64,000 nt of DNA from Octopus sinensis (GCF_006345805.1 NC_043013.1:4464001-4528000); one strand, 5' to 3'; positions 51,109 to 64,000 are shown, counted from the stretch's first letter. Notes: generated by a model from the letters alone, not told the origin. Numbers and translations are program-made.

Positions 51109-51465
51109 TTGTGTATATGATTATATAATATATATATATATACATACACACGATATGGCGGGCTTCTTTCAGTTTTTCAGTTTCCGTCTACCAAATCCAC
51201 TCACGAGGGTTTGGTCAGCCCGGGGCTATAGTAGATGACTCTTGCCTAGAACCATGTGAACTTAGAACCATGTGATTAGGAACCAATTTTCTTACTGCAC
51301 ACCAACACCATATGACGTGTGTGTGTGTGTGCGTGCGTGTGCGAGCATGTATGTATGTGCGTGGGTATTACGCAAAAAAAGGTTCCCAAGTAATTTTCTT
51401 GTCTGCCTTACAGTTGATATATGTATATGTGTGCGTATGTTTGTAAGTACGGATGCGTGTGTGCG

Positions 51466-51498
<33 letters not shown>

Positions 51499-51933
51499 GT
51501 GTGTGTGTGTGTATGCGTGTGTGTATGTGTGTGTGTGTGTGTGCGTGTGTGTGTGTTCTGAGAGATTGCGTATGTATTGTTCTGCCATGAACTTTACCAT
51601 TCAGTCAATCAACATAATTTCGGGTGCACGGTTTCAAGTCCGTCTGATCTGCCATATCGAAATACAGGCGACTCTGAGACTGTCACTGACGCTGTTCAGA
51701 AACCTAACCAGTATTAAGTATCGACCTAAAGTATTGAATTCCATTTCCCGGTTTTGTTTTTCCTTCTTTCTCTTCTACATGGATAGAATATATTTCTTGG
51801 TTTTATTCAGAGAAATAGGTTACTTTTAAAGAAATAATTTATTATAATGAGATGTTATTGTTCTACTATAAATTAGTTGTGCAATTGAGTTTATTCCTTT
51901 TATTTATTTTAAATATTTTAAATATTTTAAATA

Positions 51934-52157
51934 TTTAAATCAAAGCTGGACCTCTTCCTGTCGATAGTCCCAGATGAGCCTACCTCACGGCAAGAGGTGC
52001 AAATAGAGGGTAGCTATATCAAACTCCATTCTTCATCAAGTGCCACATATTAGAGGAGGCTCCTAGTAATAACAGTGTAGCGCAAAACGGCGGTGCATCA
52101 GCATGGCCGCAGCTCTAAGCTGAAACTTTAAAAAATAAATAAATAAATAAATAAATA
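51934..52157 (+). mobile_element. CR1-like LINE 3' end with (TAAA)n tail
   Basis: FKSKLDLFLSIVPDEPTSRQEVQ..SNSILHQ, then a 3' UTR matching the SINE A tail. Confidence 0.75.
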
Positions 52158-52265
52158 AGGGTTTATTTCTTGACCAGTTATCAATTTTTGAAGTGATCAT
52201 ATGTAGTCAATTTAATCTACCCATCGTAATCAAGAAAGATGCATGTTAAATTTCCCTCAATAACC

Positions 52266-52496
52266 TATTTCTTTACTACCCACAAGGGGCTAAACATAGA
52301 GGAGACAAACATGGACAGACATAGGTATTAAGTTGATTATATCGACCCCAGTGCTTAACTGGTACTTAATTTATCGACCCTGAAAGGATGAAAGGCAAAG
52401 TCGACCTCGGCGGAATTTGAACTCACAACGTAACGGCAGCCGAAATACCGCTAAGCATTTCACCCGACGTGCTAACGATTCTGCTAGCTCGCCGCC
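52266..52496 (-). mobile_element. SINE type B, full length with 15-bp TSD
   Basis: TSD TTTCCCTCAATAACC at 52251-52265 and 52497-52511. Confidence 0.95.
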
Positions 52497-53753
52497 TTTC
52501 CCTCAATAACCATTTCAGCTCCGAACCTAAAGGATCAAAGGTGGGAATTTAATCGGGCTCTCTATTTTGTTGGGGTTTCTTTTTGTCGTTGTTTTTTTTT
52601 TTTCATCTTAAGCATCCTCTGCTTCTATAGAATATAAAACTATTATGTTTAATTGTCGCCTTATCTTCCGTAATCCTTATATTAGAATTAAATGTTAATC
52701 TGCCACATCCGTTGTAACAATACGGAATAGCGTTAAAAATAGTGTTTGGATCCTGAAGAAATCGGAGGGCCACAAAACTTCTGTCCAATGTTTCGAACAC
52801 AGTTTCGCTTGGAGGTGGAGTGCATGTGTGTGTGTGCACGAATGAGTCTAAAATCCAAGAAATAAAAGCAAGATATTTCAAATTCTAAAAATGATGAAGT
52901 CATATAAAATAACAGAAACATTTTAAGTATATTATCGAGACGTCATTAAAAATTAATTAGTAAAAAATACCAATTTGAATTCCACTGATTGAACTACGAA
53001 AATAATTATAGTGACTTCTTACGTTGTCAAAACGAAGCGGGTATAATAAGCAAATATCTATAAGAGAGCCATAGAGTTGATTGGGTTAATATATATATAT
53101 ATATTTCGATTCGTGAGAGATGAAAAGCTGGAGAAGTTAAAGCATAAAGAACCACAATACCAACAGCTGACTACGAGAGCTTCTGCTGCCAAGACATCAT
53201 TTGTTGCGAATTCAATAACTTTGGGGAAAAAACCGCCTCGTTCTTAATTCCAAAAATCGACAAAGAAGATGAGAGGTTCTTCCCTCAGCTATCATTCCAG
53301 CGTCTTTCGACAATGAAGAGATGGGAATGAGCATAGGTGGAAGTGTATTGGTGACAGTGGGAAATTCGAGAAATGGGGAAACACCAAGACAAGACGATCA
53401 AAAAACAACTTGTAAAATATATTAGGAGAAGCCTTGGATTTTTGAGTCCCTAGAAACAGCTATTGGGCTTGTAACATCTTACCTCCTCCCCTTTAATTTT
53501 CTCTGTCGTGTGTACTCTGTTTGATCTCTTAAGTCTGATCTCTTAATATCTTAATATCTATATATTTAAACTTAAATATTCATTGTCTGAAAATCTTCAA
53601 TTTTTGCTATTTTTCTGTTTATATGTACACATAAATATATTTTGTATATCAAGCTGTTATATTTGGCTTGTTTAACTGCATAATTGCCCACACACACACA
53701 CACACACACACCACACACACACGCACAAACACACACACACACACCACGCACAA

Positions 53754-53784
<31 letters not shown>

Positions 53785-53815
53785 AACACCACACACACAC
53801 ACGCATACATATATT

Positions 53816-54191
53816 CTTTCTTTTCTTTTCTTTTCTTTTTTATTTGCTTCAGTCATTTGACTGCGGCCATGCTGGAGCACCGCCTATTCTTTGTAAGCCT
53901 AGTACTTATTCTATCGGTCTCTTTTGTCGAACCGTGAGGACGTAAACTCACCAGCATCGGTTGTCAAGCGATGTTAAGGATGAAAAACACAGACATACAA
54001 ACATATACGCACACACATATATATATATACATATATACGAAGGGCTTCTTTCAGTTTCCGTCTACCAAATCCACTCACAAGGCTTTGGTCGGCCCGAGGC
54101 TATAGTAGTAGACACTTGCCCAAGGTGGCACGCAGTGGGACTGAACCCGGAACCTTGTGGTTGGTAAGCAAGTTACTTATCACACAGCCAC
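53816..54191 (-). mobile_element. SINE type A
   Basis: Homologous to 12209-12610. Confidence 0.9.
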
Positions 54192-55539
54192 ACCAAGAGA
54201 CGTTATGCTTTACTGGAAAATATGCAACTGTTTTGTGATATTTCTTCTTTGGAACAATTTAAAGTCAGATGCTTACTTCACTAAGTAATTCATTGCTTCT
54301 ATAATGGTAGTCTTCGGTGAACTACCGAAACGTTATCGGTTAGAAATTGATGCTCTCACTCAGCCAACCCACGTGGCTTGAAAAACGATTAAAAGGTTAT
54401 ATAATTGATAGTTTGTTTCCTAACACGCACTTAAAATATGACCTATTAGGTGTTCCGGAGCGAGGTGACAAGGTCTGACGGGCAGTAAATATAGGTTGGG
54501 TTAACAGATAAAGTGTTCGGTTTCAATGTCCCGGTCACCTAAGTCATGAGTAAATAAACATGTTTAGGATGTTCATGCTGAAGTAGATTTACTATTTGCT
54601 CCGAAAAGAAACACTTGCACTGATGTATGAATTAAAATAGATACAAGATGTCTTATCTATTATTCATGTAAAATGTTTCATTGCTACTTTCTGCTGGCCC
54701 CTTACCGGAAATATTAAGCGAACCGTGAGTAAATGAAGCCATTAAAAGAAAACAAAAGTCGTTTATATTTTCAGGTTTTGTACTGTTATCCTATTTCAGA
54801 TGAAACAATGCAATTTCATTTCCTTTTTTCTCCCCATTAAACAAATACAACCGTAAAGAGACATAGACAAACCTTTATTTGCGTAACATTTAATTTACGA
54901 CTTTCTCACAATAGGATGTATGCACAGTGTAAAGTTCGTAAAGGCTGAGTTGTGGAAAGTGATATAGAATGATTAAGAGTCAAATAACTGTTTGAAAGAT
55001 CGGGGAAACTGTTTTCATTGAGCATCAGATCTAACAATGATCTAAGACTCACATATTTAGAGCAAATATATATATGACAAAATGTTGTCCTAAAAGTGTT
55101 CATATCGGTCTACTTTGATTTCTAGTACCTTCAATCTTTACGCTTTTGATATTGTAAAAGGCTTTTTAAAAACATTTTTGTTTAATTGATTGTATTACAT
55201 ATAATACAATCAATTAAACAAAAAACTACGGACTGTGAAGACAAACGTAAGATAGAACTCACATTTGGCAAGAAACAATGTTGTACTAAGAACAACATTG
55301 AACTTCCTTGCTGAACATGCACTCGATTTGCTAATTTTGAATAGTTTAAAATACCAACACACTATAAATGTATGTATGTATATTTGCATGCATCCATACA
55401 TGTATTAGATTGTTGAACGGGGAAGATTAGTGCCTCAAACCCAAAACCTGTGCATCAATGGTTTCACTATCTCTCCTGATCCACGTAACGAATGCTACAA
55501 GTGCCTCGGAAGTGATGCAAGCATATCATACAGAATTGT

Positions 55540-57160
55540 TTTGAATAAAGATAGAGTGGCCCAAGAATATTATGCCAGACTTAGAACAATATGGTAGTCA
55601 GAACTTTCCTTTTACGACATCCCACATTGACGTTGCACTACCAGTACTGATTATGGATATTAGGGGTATTTGACTGGTCTGTGGGAGAAATCCTCTCCAT
55701 AGACGTGAAAACCGGAAAGATACTGGCATCAACTGGAAATCTCCACACGATTAATGAAATTGACAGTCTCTACCTTAGAAGAGATAAAGGCTGAAGAGGT
55801 TTCAGATCAGTGCAGACTGTACATTCGAATATCACGCAGCCTCTCACTGAAAAGTGAAGAGAACAACATCCTTCGTGCCGTCAGCGAACTCCTCGGGAAG
55901 CATTCTCTTCCTGATAACCTCCCATACCACCTTAAAAGAGCTGAACTAGCATACTTCAAAGAAGACCTCGATTTGAAACGCTCATTATACCGATAAAAGA
56001 CTACGCATCGGTATGTTTCCCGAAGACTTGAAGAAAACAGTAATATTGAGATGAAGTGAAGTTCGTGACTGCAACATCACATCACACTTCGAAGGCTGTG
56101 CATTTGCAATACAAGAACAGGAAATTACTACGAAATAACTAATAAACAAAAGAGACAGTGAAGGGCTTCCAATTCCAAGACGCAACGGTAAACGTCGACT
56201 ATGTCATATCTCAGTCGAAGACACCACGCATGTGATTAGCAGAGCCCGAAAATGTCATCAAGGATATCATAGCGCATACGATATACATTGCCACTGGGAA
56301 GAAAGACTGTCTTGAAAGAAATATAGAGAATACTTCGGTTATTAAATACATACACAAATGGAAGGAGGCACTCCGTCGGTTGCGACGACGAGGGTTCCGG
56401 TTGATCCGAATCAACGGAACAGCCTGCTCGTGAAATTAACGTGTAAGTGACTGAGCACTCCACAGACACGTGTACCCTTAACGTAGTTCTCGGGGAGATT
56501 CAGCATGACACAAGAGAGTGACAAGGCCGGCCCCTTGAAATACAGGTACAACAGAAACAGGAAGTAAGAGTGAGAGAAAGTTGTGGTGAAAGAGTACAGC
56601 AGGGATCACCACCATCCCCTGCCGGAGCCTCGTGGAGCTTTTAGGTGTTTTCGCTCAATAAACACTCACAACGCCCGGTCTGGGAATCGAAACCGCGATC
56701 CTATGACCGCGAGTCCGCTGTCCTAACCACTGGGCCTTTGCGCCTCCACCTACATACACAAATATCAACTCAAGGAATACTGGCGGCACATTCTCATCGA
56801 AATATCTGCCAAGTGAAACCATAATAGGCTGGATATTGTTGTTTGAGACCAACAAGAAAAAGTATGTTCCGTCATAAAGGTCAGCTGTTCTGTTGATGTG
56901 AATATCTCTGAAAATCAAAGAGAAAGCGCATAACTATGGACGACTGTTTCGAAACCTCCAGCTTCTATATCCAGGTTACAAATTTACATTTATACCAATA
57001 ATAATTGGTGCACTTGGTTTGTGAGTTAACGCCTAAGTAACAATCTGTATTAGTTTGGGTTTTCAGAAAAAGAAATTAACCAAGTAACTCGCATATTACA
57101 AATGTAATCTGTAAGCGGAACAATATATATATGCAAAATTTCTCTTGGGCTTCAAATGGG
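55540..57160 (+). mobile_element. R4/Dong-like LINE relic (RT C-terminus plus REL endonuclease), interrupted by a SINE
   Basis: DWSVGEILSIDVKTGKILASTGNLH..LYLRRDKG*RG; NHNRLDIVV..YGRLFRNLQLLYPGYKFTFIPIIIGALG. Confidence 0.75.
56360..56750 (-). mobile_element. tRNA-derived SINE (head type C), full length with 13-bp TSD
   Basis: A box GGCCCAGTGG, B box GGTTTCGATTCC; TSD TACATACACAAAT at 56347-56359 and 56751-56763. Confidence 0.95.
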
Positions 57161-57289
57161 ACATTAGGTGCTACTATAGTATAATATCCACTTTGCTATT
57201 TGCGACCTACCGTAGATGACAATGCAATCTACGAAACAACCCACTTATGGTCTTCAGCAATTAATTCTAGCCCATTTATTTGTTCACAC

Positions 57290-57482
57290 TAGTACCATGC
57301 TGGCCAGGGACTTTTGTAAAGTAATCCCAAGTGAAGATGAAACGGTGTCCTTTTTGAGAGAGCACAATTTTATTGACCAGGTAGGAAATGTACCTCCTTG
57401 TCATAAATACAGAACACAAGTGTAAGAAAAAAGAAAGGAACAGAACGGGAGAATTCCGGCCAATATTGAGATGTCGTAATCA
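57290..57482 (+). mobile_element. Possible Merlin/IS1595-like transposase N-terminal fragment
   Basis: EDETVSFLREHNFIDQVGNVPPCHKY..RPILRCRN resembles the zinc-ribbon region. Confidence 0.4.
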
Positions 57483-58091
57483 ATATGTGGCAATCAATAT
57501 GAAAGTGAGACCAAGTACTCTGTAAAAGTAAGGGTAGAGGAGAATTTCAAAATTGTAAACAGTAAAGTCAAGCCTACCTGGTTATTTATGGAGAGAGAAA
57601 TGATGTCACCACTGCAACCAAACTCAAGATAATTGTCGGGTAACAATATTAGAATGATGAAACGTTTCTAGAATCGGCAAATATATGCTCGGCTTTGACA
57701 ACTTCTTCAGTCGGACTAAATTATGGATGAGCAACACACAGCTATCTCTACTAAACGGAATGGGCATTAAGCTAACAGTATTAAAATATGTCGGGTTTAA
57801 AGCTCATAATTTTCAATATATAATTTACTTGCGGGGGTTGAATGTTTAATCGTTAATTGGTAAACGCGAGTTCAATAGCAAGGTTAACCAATTTAAGCAG
57901 AACGAACAAATAATTGCTCCTGTAGGGGAGTAACTAAAGCGAGAGTATCGTCGGTTCGCTCAACTATGAAAATATTCAATCTCTGGCCAAGACAAGGAAG
58001 AAACCGAGAGGAGAGACAGAGTGAAATGCCAGCTTCTGTAGAATATATATACTTTAATAATTATATAGAGCTCGTCCCCAACTGTCTGTAT

Positions 58092-58124
<33 letters not shown>

Positions 58125-58255
58125 CACACATATACACGAGTGCATGTGCGCATGTGTGAGTATGTTACTGTTATTGCAAAGAATCTAGAAAAATAAAAGC
58201 GATCAAAATAATATGCTTGTATAGCACGTGAGCGCACTGATAAATATCATAGAAT

Positions 58256-58300
<45 letters not shown>

Positions 58301-58645
58301 CATACATACATACAGACAGACAGACAAATATACACATACACACATATATTCCAAAACAGAGATGTGCATACATACATAAATGTGCGCAAGCACTGACATA
58401 CTAATTCAAGCGTGTATATGTGCGAACATGTATAAATATATATATATATATATGTGTGTGTATATATATATATATATTTCTGTGTTGAGTGTCCATGTTT
58501 GAGCGTGTGTGCGTGTGTGTGTGTGTGCGTGCGATTATGTATTTACGTTATGTGTAAGCATGTACATATAAGCAAATATAAAGACATCTATTGACAAATA
58601 TTCACAAAAGATAACGATACAAACTCACTCACACTGATGACTTAC

Positions 58646-58800
58646 CCGCTTAAAGACACACACGAAGACGACAATATTTACAGATTGGAGTACACGTCTG
58701 TTTTATTATGGAGACTTGATTTGTTGGGAAAACTCGTTGTTGGTGGTCCTTTGATATCGAATATGGCGTCCGTGAGGGGAATTTTGAAACAAACGAGAGA
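58646..58800 (-). other. Possible non-coding exon / promoter-proximal segment
   Basis: Unique sequence between microsatellites; minus-strand CGG/GTAAGT donor at 58645; YY1-type CGCCATATT at 58760-58768. Confidence 0.25.
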
Positions 58801-59126
58801 GAAAAAAATCTCTTGCACTCTTACTCCTCTTTCCCTGCCACAGTCAATTCATTCACATATGAAGACTCTACATTTATATTTCTCTATCTCTCTATCAATC
58901 TATTTGTTAAGTCTGCTTTCCTTTTCGTGTGTATTTGTGTACATTTATGTACACACACACACACATACACGCATACGTGTAGTTGTGTGTATATCTATAG
59001 GCATACACATACACAGACATATGATCATACGCACGAATATATATTGATAGATAGATAGGTAGATAGATACACATACAAATATATACACATAATTTTATAC
59101 ACATATATATGTATGGGTACATTTAA

Positions 59127-59165
<39 letters not shown>

Positions 59166-59220
59166 CATGTGTGCATATACATATATAGATATACGTGTGT
59201 GTATGTGTGTGTGTGTGTGT

Positions 59221-59284
<64 letters not shown>

Positions 59285-59285
<1 letters not shown>

Positions 59286-59681
59286 CACAGGAGTGGCTGT
59301 GTGATAAGTAGCTTCCTTACCAACTACATGGTTCCGGAGTTCAGTTCCACTGTGTGGCAGCGTGAGCAAGCGTCTTCTAGAATAGCCTCGGGGCGACCAA
59401 AGTCTTGTGAGTGGATTTAGCAGATGGAAACTGAAAAAATCCCATCTTATATATACATGTGTGTGGGTGTGTCAGTGTATTTGTGTTTGTGTGTGTTTGT
59501 GTGTGTATGTTTGTGTACGTTGTGTGTTTGTTCCCCACCATCACTTGACAATCGATGCTGGTGTATTTACGATAGAATAAGTACTCGGCTTACAAAAAAT
59601 AAGTCTCGGGGTCGATTTCTTCGACTAAGCGCGGTGCTCCAACATGGCCACAGTCAAATGACTGAAACAAATAAGAGAATA
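59285..59681 (+). mobile_element. SINE type A, diverged
   Basis: Homologous to 12209-12610. Confidence 0.85.
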
Positions 59682-59764
59682 AAAAAATATATATACATTC
59701 ATGTATATATATACATTTATGCGTCTATGTATATATATATATAATATATATGTATGTATATATA

Positions 59765-59965
59765 TATACAAAATACAAAATGGGACAAGAATACAAAACA
59801 TCCGAAAAGTTAGGTGATACAAAAATGGGACAATAAAACATCCAGATAGACGATAAAAGGAAACAAGGACGGGTCATTCGAAGTTTTCTTTCCTCAGTCA
59901 AGTACCAGATTATCTTCGCAATTTCGGCTAATTATACTTGAGATTGTTCCAATCTGGCCAACCCC
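59765..59965 (-). mobile_element. (TA)n-embedded short element carrying a candidate rearranged hammerhead
   Basis: Homologous to 18607-18740 and 36964-37095 but about 30 nt longer at its 5' end; four mutually crossing helices. Confidence 0.75.
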
Positions 59966-60036
59966 ATATATATATATATATATATGTACATGTGTATATA
60001 TATATATGTATTTGTATATATGTGTGATGTGTGTAC

Positions 60037-60067
<31 letters not shown>

Positions 60068-60084
60068 ATATATTATATATATTA

Positions 60085-61118
60085 AAAATAAGATATGGTC
60101 CGTTGTCTTCTGCTGAACCGGGGTCATCCCTTGACCCTAGGGTCACAGTAGGTCCTCATCTCATGGAGAGTACACGGCGTAAAATGTGTACGAAACCTAG
60201 CAACACTATTTTCTGAAGTTCTCCCCCGTTAACACTGCAAGGGAGATTGTTGAGCTGCTTATCAAGGCCCTTTTTAATTAGCCCTAACGATCCAATCACC
60301 ACTGGTGCTGTGCTGCTTTTCATTCCCCACATCTTGGTCACCTCTATCTCTAGGATTTTGTACTTAAATACCTTCTTTACTGGACACATTTCTCTCTGAT
60401 GGTACTGTCACATCCATCATTAAGCATTTCTTATTCTTCCTATCTTTGACGATTATGTCCGGCCTGTTTGCCTTGATTTCTATATCGGTGTTGATTGACA
60501 TGTCCCAGAGTACTGTTACATCACCTTTTCCGGACGCTGGTAATGTTTACATATCTTCCAATGGATATATTGCGCTACTCTATCGTGTCTATGAATATAT
60601 TCGGTTTTGACAAGCAGTTAAGATGTGGTCCACTGTTTCATCCTGCTCATGACACATCCTGCATTTCGGGTCAGTGCCTTCGTTCATTATTTTGTTGTGG
60701 TAAGCTCTGGTGTTGCCAAGCTTTGATCTCGTCCTGTTATGATTAAACCTTCGGTTTCAGCCTTCAACCCTGACCTCTTCATCCATACATGAGTGTCTCG
60801 TTTTTCTACGTCTCGTTTGTTCACTCTACATGGGTATCGGCCATGCATCGGTTTTTCTAGCCATTCTTCTTTGCTGTTCTTCTGGGCTTGTTTTTTCATC
60901 TCTTCCTTAATTATTTTAGCAAACTTTCTCACTCGCCTTTATCCTAGGTCATCAGTTGTTTCTTAAACAGTACAGATTCTTTGTATACCGAGTATAGCTT
61001 CTTTACTTTATCATGCTGGTGCACAAGCTTCATTAGAAGATATTTTGACAGCTCAAGATATGTATTTAATCTTACAGCGGTGGTTTTGTAAGATAAATTT
61101 GTAAGAACTAAACCCCAT
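60085..61118 (-). mobile_element. R4/Dong-like LINE 3' portion next to (TAA)n
   Basis: WLEKPMHGRY..GLKAETEGLII..DQSLAT; VLWDMSINTDIEIKANRPDIIV; KYKILEIEVTKMW..PVVIGSLG..LQKIVLLGFVHILRRVL. Confidence 0.92.
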
Positions 61119-61123
61119 GAATA

Positions 61124-61169
<46 letters not shown>

Positions 61170-61336
61170 TTACATTATAATTATATTATTTTATATTATA
61201 TTATATTATATTATATTATATTATATTATATTATATTATATTTATTATATTATATTAGAGGAAAAAGCAAAACCATGGCAGAACGAGTATCTTATGCCAT
61301 TTACAATAATTTAATAAGGTTAAGGTGAATTTGAAG

Positions 61337-61412
61337 TCTTACAGATGTTTCTGGAATAACCCACGTAGTACGTTAGCATGTGTCCACGCACTGGGTATAC
61401 CGTCATCAGAGA
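61337..61412 (-). ncRNA. Type I HHR motif with long stem II
   Basis: TCT-CTGATGA-C-GGTATACCCA..TGGGTTATTCC-A-GAAA-CATCTG-TA-AGA, in a short element between (TA)-rich tracts. Confidence 0.7.
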
Positions 61413-61693
61413 TAATATATATATATATATATATATAAGATGAGAGTGAATCAATAATTAACAATGATAAGTGTATCATTGCTATTTAAAAGTCATTGTG
61501 TAATTGTATTTCGAACCATTCTGTATATATATATATATATATATACCGGATAAACACATAAATGAGAAACAAGGTGGAAAAAGAGTACTCAAATACCAGT
61601 GGTAGAGTAATATGGTTTATTTAAAGCAGCGGAAAATTCAACAAAACCTGTTACTCTGAGTTTCACGTCCCCTTTTATTATTAATATTATTAA

Positions 61694-61900
<207 letters not shown>

Positions 61901-62023
61901 GTATTATGTATGTATATATGTATATCTACATATATATATATGTATATATATTTAAAGTTTTTATTTTTTAGAATGAGATAAAAAAACCAAGGCTGTGAAG
62001 ATTTTAGAATATTTATAAATAGG

Positions 62024-62069
62024 TCTTACTGCTGTTTCCAGGATATTTATTATATCCCATTATCGGAGA
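62024..62069 (-). ncRNA. Degenerate HHR motif, inverted upstream of a Neptune ORF
   Basis: TCT-CCGATAA-T-GGGATAT aataa ATATCCT-G-GAAA-CAGCAG-TA-AGA. Confidence 0.55.
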
Positions 62070-62239
62070 TAGTGTGAGAAAATGGTTAAGCAATAGTTAA
62101 GTTATATAAGATACGAAATAGAGAGTGAATTGGAGGAATGATTTGTAGATCCATTATTTAGGCAGAACGGTATACATATAAGATTCCAATACCTTTTGAG
62201 TAAAATCCTAGCGTATCTAAAATTGGTCATTCCAAGTAT

Positions 62240-63720
62240 AAAGTTTGAATCAAGGGCTTTATTTATTATTGAAAATTTCCACTGAGGAAATTTTCAATAA
62301 TCACGCACCATATTACAATGAAGCACTCGCCGCTAGCGGCTTTTCCCAACAAATAGAAAACATCCATAACACCAGGCTCAAACAATACATATCTCAAATC
62401 ACATCTCAAACACGCAACCAACCACATACCCTCGTCGATGGAACCCCGGAAGGTCTTTACACCTCGGCAAACTAGACCTCACATACGTACATTTAACACT
62501 AGGTCAAAAACGAAAATAGCTAAAACAGCTAACAACAACAAGCCTCGCCACCCACATACCTTCTCCAAGAATATTGATAGCACTCCTTTATCTAAAAACT
62601 TAGATAGCACTACTCCCAGACCCCTTTAAAGAAGCGGCGGACGCTCTATTCTGTGGTACACACCCCCATTCTCGCTTAACGTTAAGAACTTAGCTAAATC
62701 CTTCTTTAAAATACTAGACTCTAACTTCCCTCGGCAACATAAATATCATTCTATATTTAATCGATCCACCCTGAAGCTATCTTATTCTACCTCACCCAAC
62801 TTCGAATCTATTGTACCTGCCTGTAATAAGCAAAAGCTTTTTCTCTACTATCAAAACTCACATAACTTCAACACCAGTCATACGAATATTCAACACCCAT
62901 ACAGCTCTAGCACATATACCCTTACATTAGATCACAGCCACAGCCCAACCCATCCTACTGACACTACCCGAAACACCACAATCTCTACCACCCTTACAAA
63001 TAGTACAATTAATAACAACAATAGTAATAATAGCAATGATGGTAATGATAACGTTAATAATACTAATAATATAGAATCTTCTACCCCCTTCTCTAACCTC
63101 TCCTCTGACGGTATTACCTCCTCTATTCCGGAACACAGTCCCCAAAATTCACCTAATTGTAACTGACGTCCTGGAACCATCTGCCCGTTACAAACCCATT
63201 GCAGAAGATATAATGTAATTTACAAATGCACTGTCCTTAATCTATTACACAACTCTACAGCCATATACATAGGATCAACCGAAAATTTTAAGCAATGATA
63301 TGCCGCTGATCTCCATTCTTTTAGATACGATAAACATTGTAAATTTACAACACTTGCTAACTACATACATCATCTCAAAAATACAAATATACCCTATACT
63401 CTATCATGGTCCATACTGGACTCAAGGCTTCCCTACCGAGGTCAACGCTCAATCTGCAAACTGCCTTTAGGGGTCACTTCACATACTAAATCACAACTCT
63501 CCAGCACTGCTAAATAAGCATAATGAGGCACTAAGCACATGCAACCACCGCTTTTTTCACACATTCAATTTCTACCACAAATCCAAATGCTTACACGACC
63601 ATACAGTATATTTCCACAATACCCCTTAGGTAATCCCAATAACCTTATAAATCTACATTTTAACTCTTAATCCCTATCTAATTCCTCACTCATACTCGAA
63701 TATCACAACCATCTAATTAT
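62240..63720 (+). mobile_element. Neptune-type Penelope-like element 3' portion
   Basis: STEEIFNNHAPYYNEALAASGF; RSILWYTPPFSLNV..FPRQHKYHSIFNRSTLKLSYS; CN*R..CPLQTHC..NVIYKC..YIGSTENFK. Confidence 0.9.
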
Positions 63721-64000
63721 ATTCGTGTGTATATGTGTGCATGCATATGTGCGTGTATATGTATGTGTGTGTATGCGTGTATGTATGTATGTTTGTATGC
63801 AAGGTATGTATACCTGCGTATACAGGGGTGATAATACATACAGATACACGTATATATGGGTGTGCATGTGTACATATACACATGGGTACGAGTTGTATAT
63901 GTAGATATTGATATGCATAAACATCTGTATAAATATATATATATATACATGTCTAATATATACATATGTATACATCTTCACATATATATTTTCTTCCACT

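Noticed and set aside
54299-54336. HHR-like GGTAGT..ACTACC-GAAA-CG-TT
   Set aside because: No CTGANGA core and no stem I; at best a relic.
56670-56750. tRNA gene-like A/B boxes (also at 2180-2254)
   Set aside because: They are SINE heads continuous with a SINE body and bounded by TSDs; there is no full cloverleaf.
57657-57713. Minus-strand CTGAAGA...GAAACGTT
   Set aside because: Stem II is unconvincing and stem I is only 2 bp; compatible with chance.

Overview
Eukaryotic, AT-rich, repeat-saturated non-genic or intronic DNA, most likely from an octopod cephalopod (inferred from the tRNA-derived SINE families and the extreme (TA)n/(CA)n/(TATG)n/(GATA)n load). I can support no intact host protein-coding gene; almost all listed ORFs are microsatellite or SINE read-through. 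The window holds about 30 SINE copies or fragments from three head types, plus decayed LINEs (RTE, CR1-like, Tx1/L1, R4/Dong-like, CRE-like). It also holds Penelope-like retroelement (PLE) relics, including two Neptune-type copies, and DNA transposon relics or MITEs (mariner DD37D-like, hAT-Charlie, Chapaev3-like, Merlin-like). The hidden structure is a dense set of hammerhead-ribozyme (HHR) motifs, more than a dozen complete, variant or half motifs on both strands, mostly in short elements embedded in (TA)n/(TAA)n or at PLE ends. The highlights are a textbook type I HHR at 4122-4176 and a candidate non-circularly permuted (pseudoknotted) hammerhead at 59891-59965 with two 5'-truncated sister copies. 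All folds were derived by eye and are untested. Element boundaries without a TSD or TIR are approximate.
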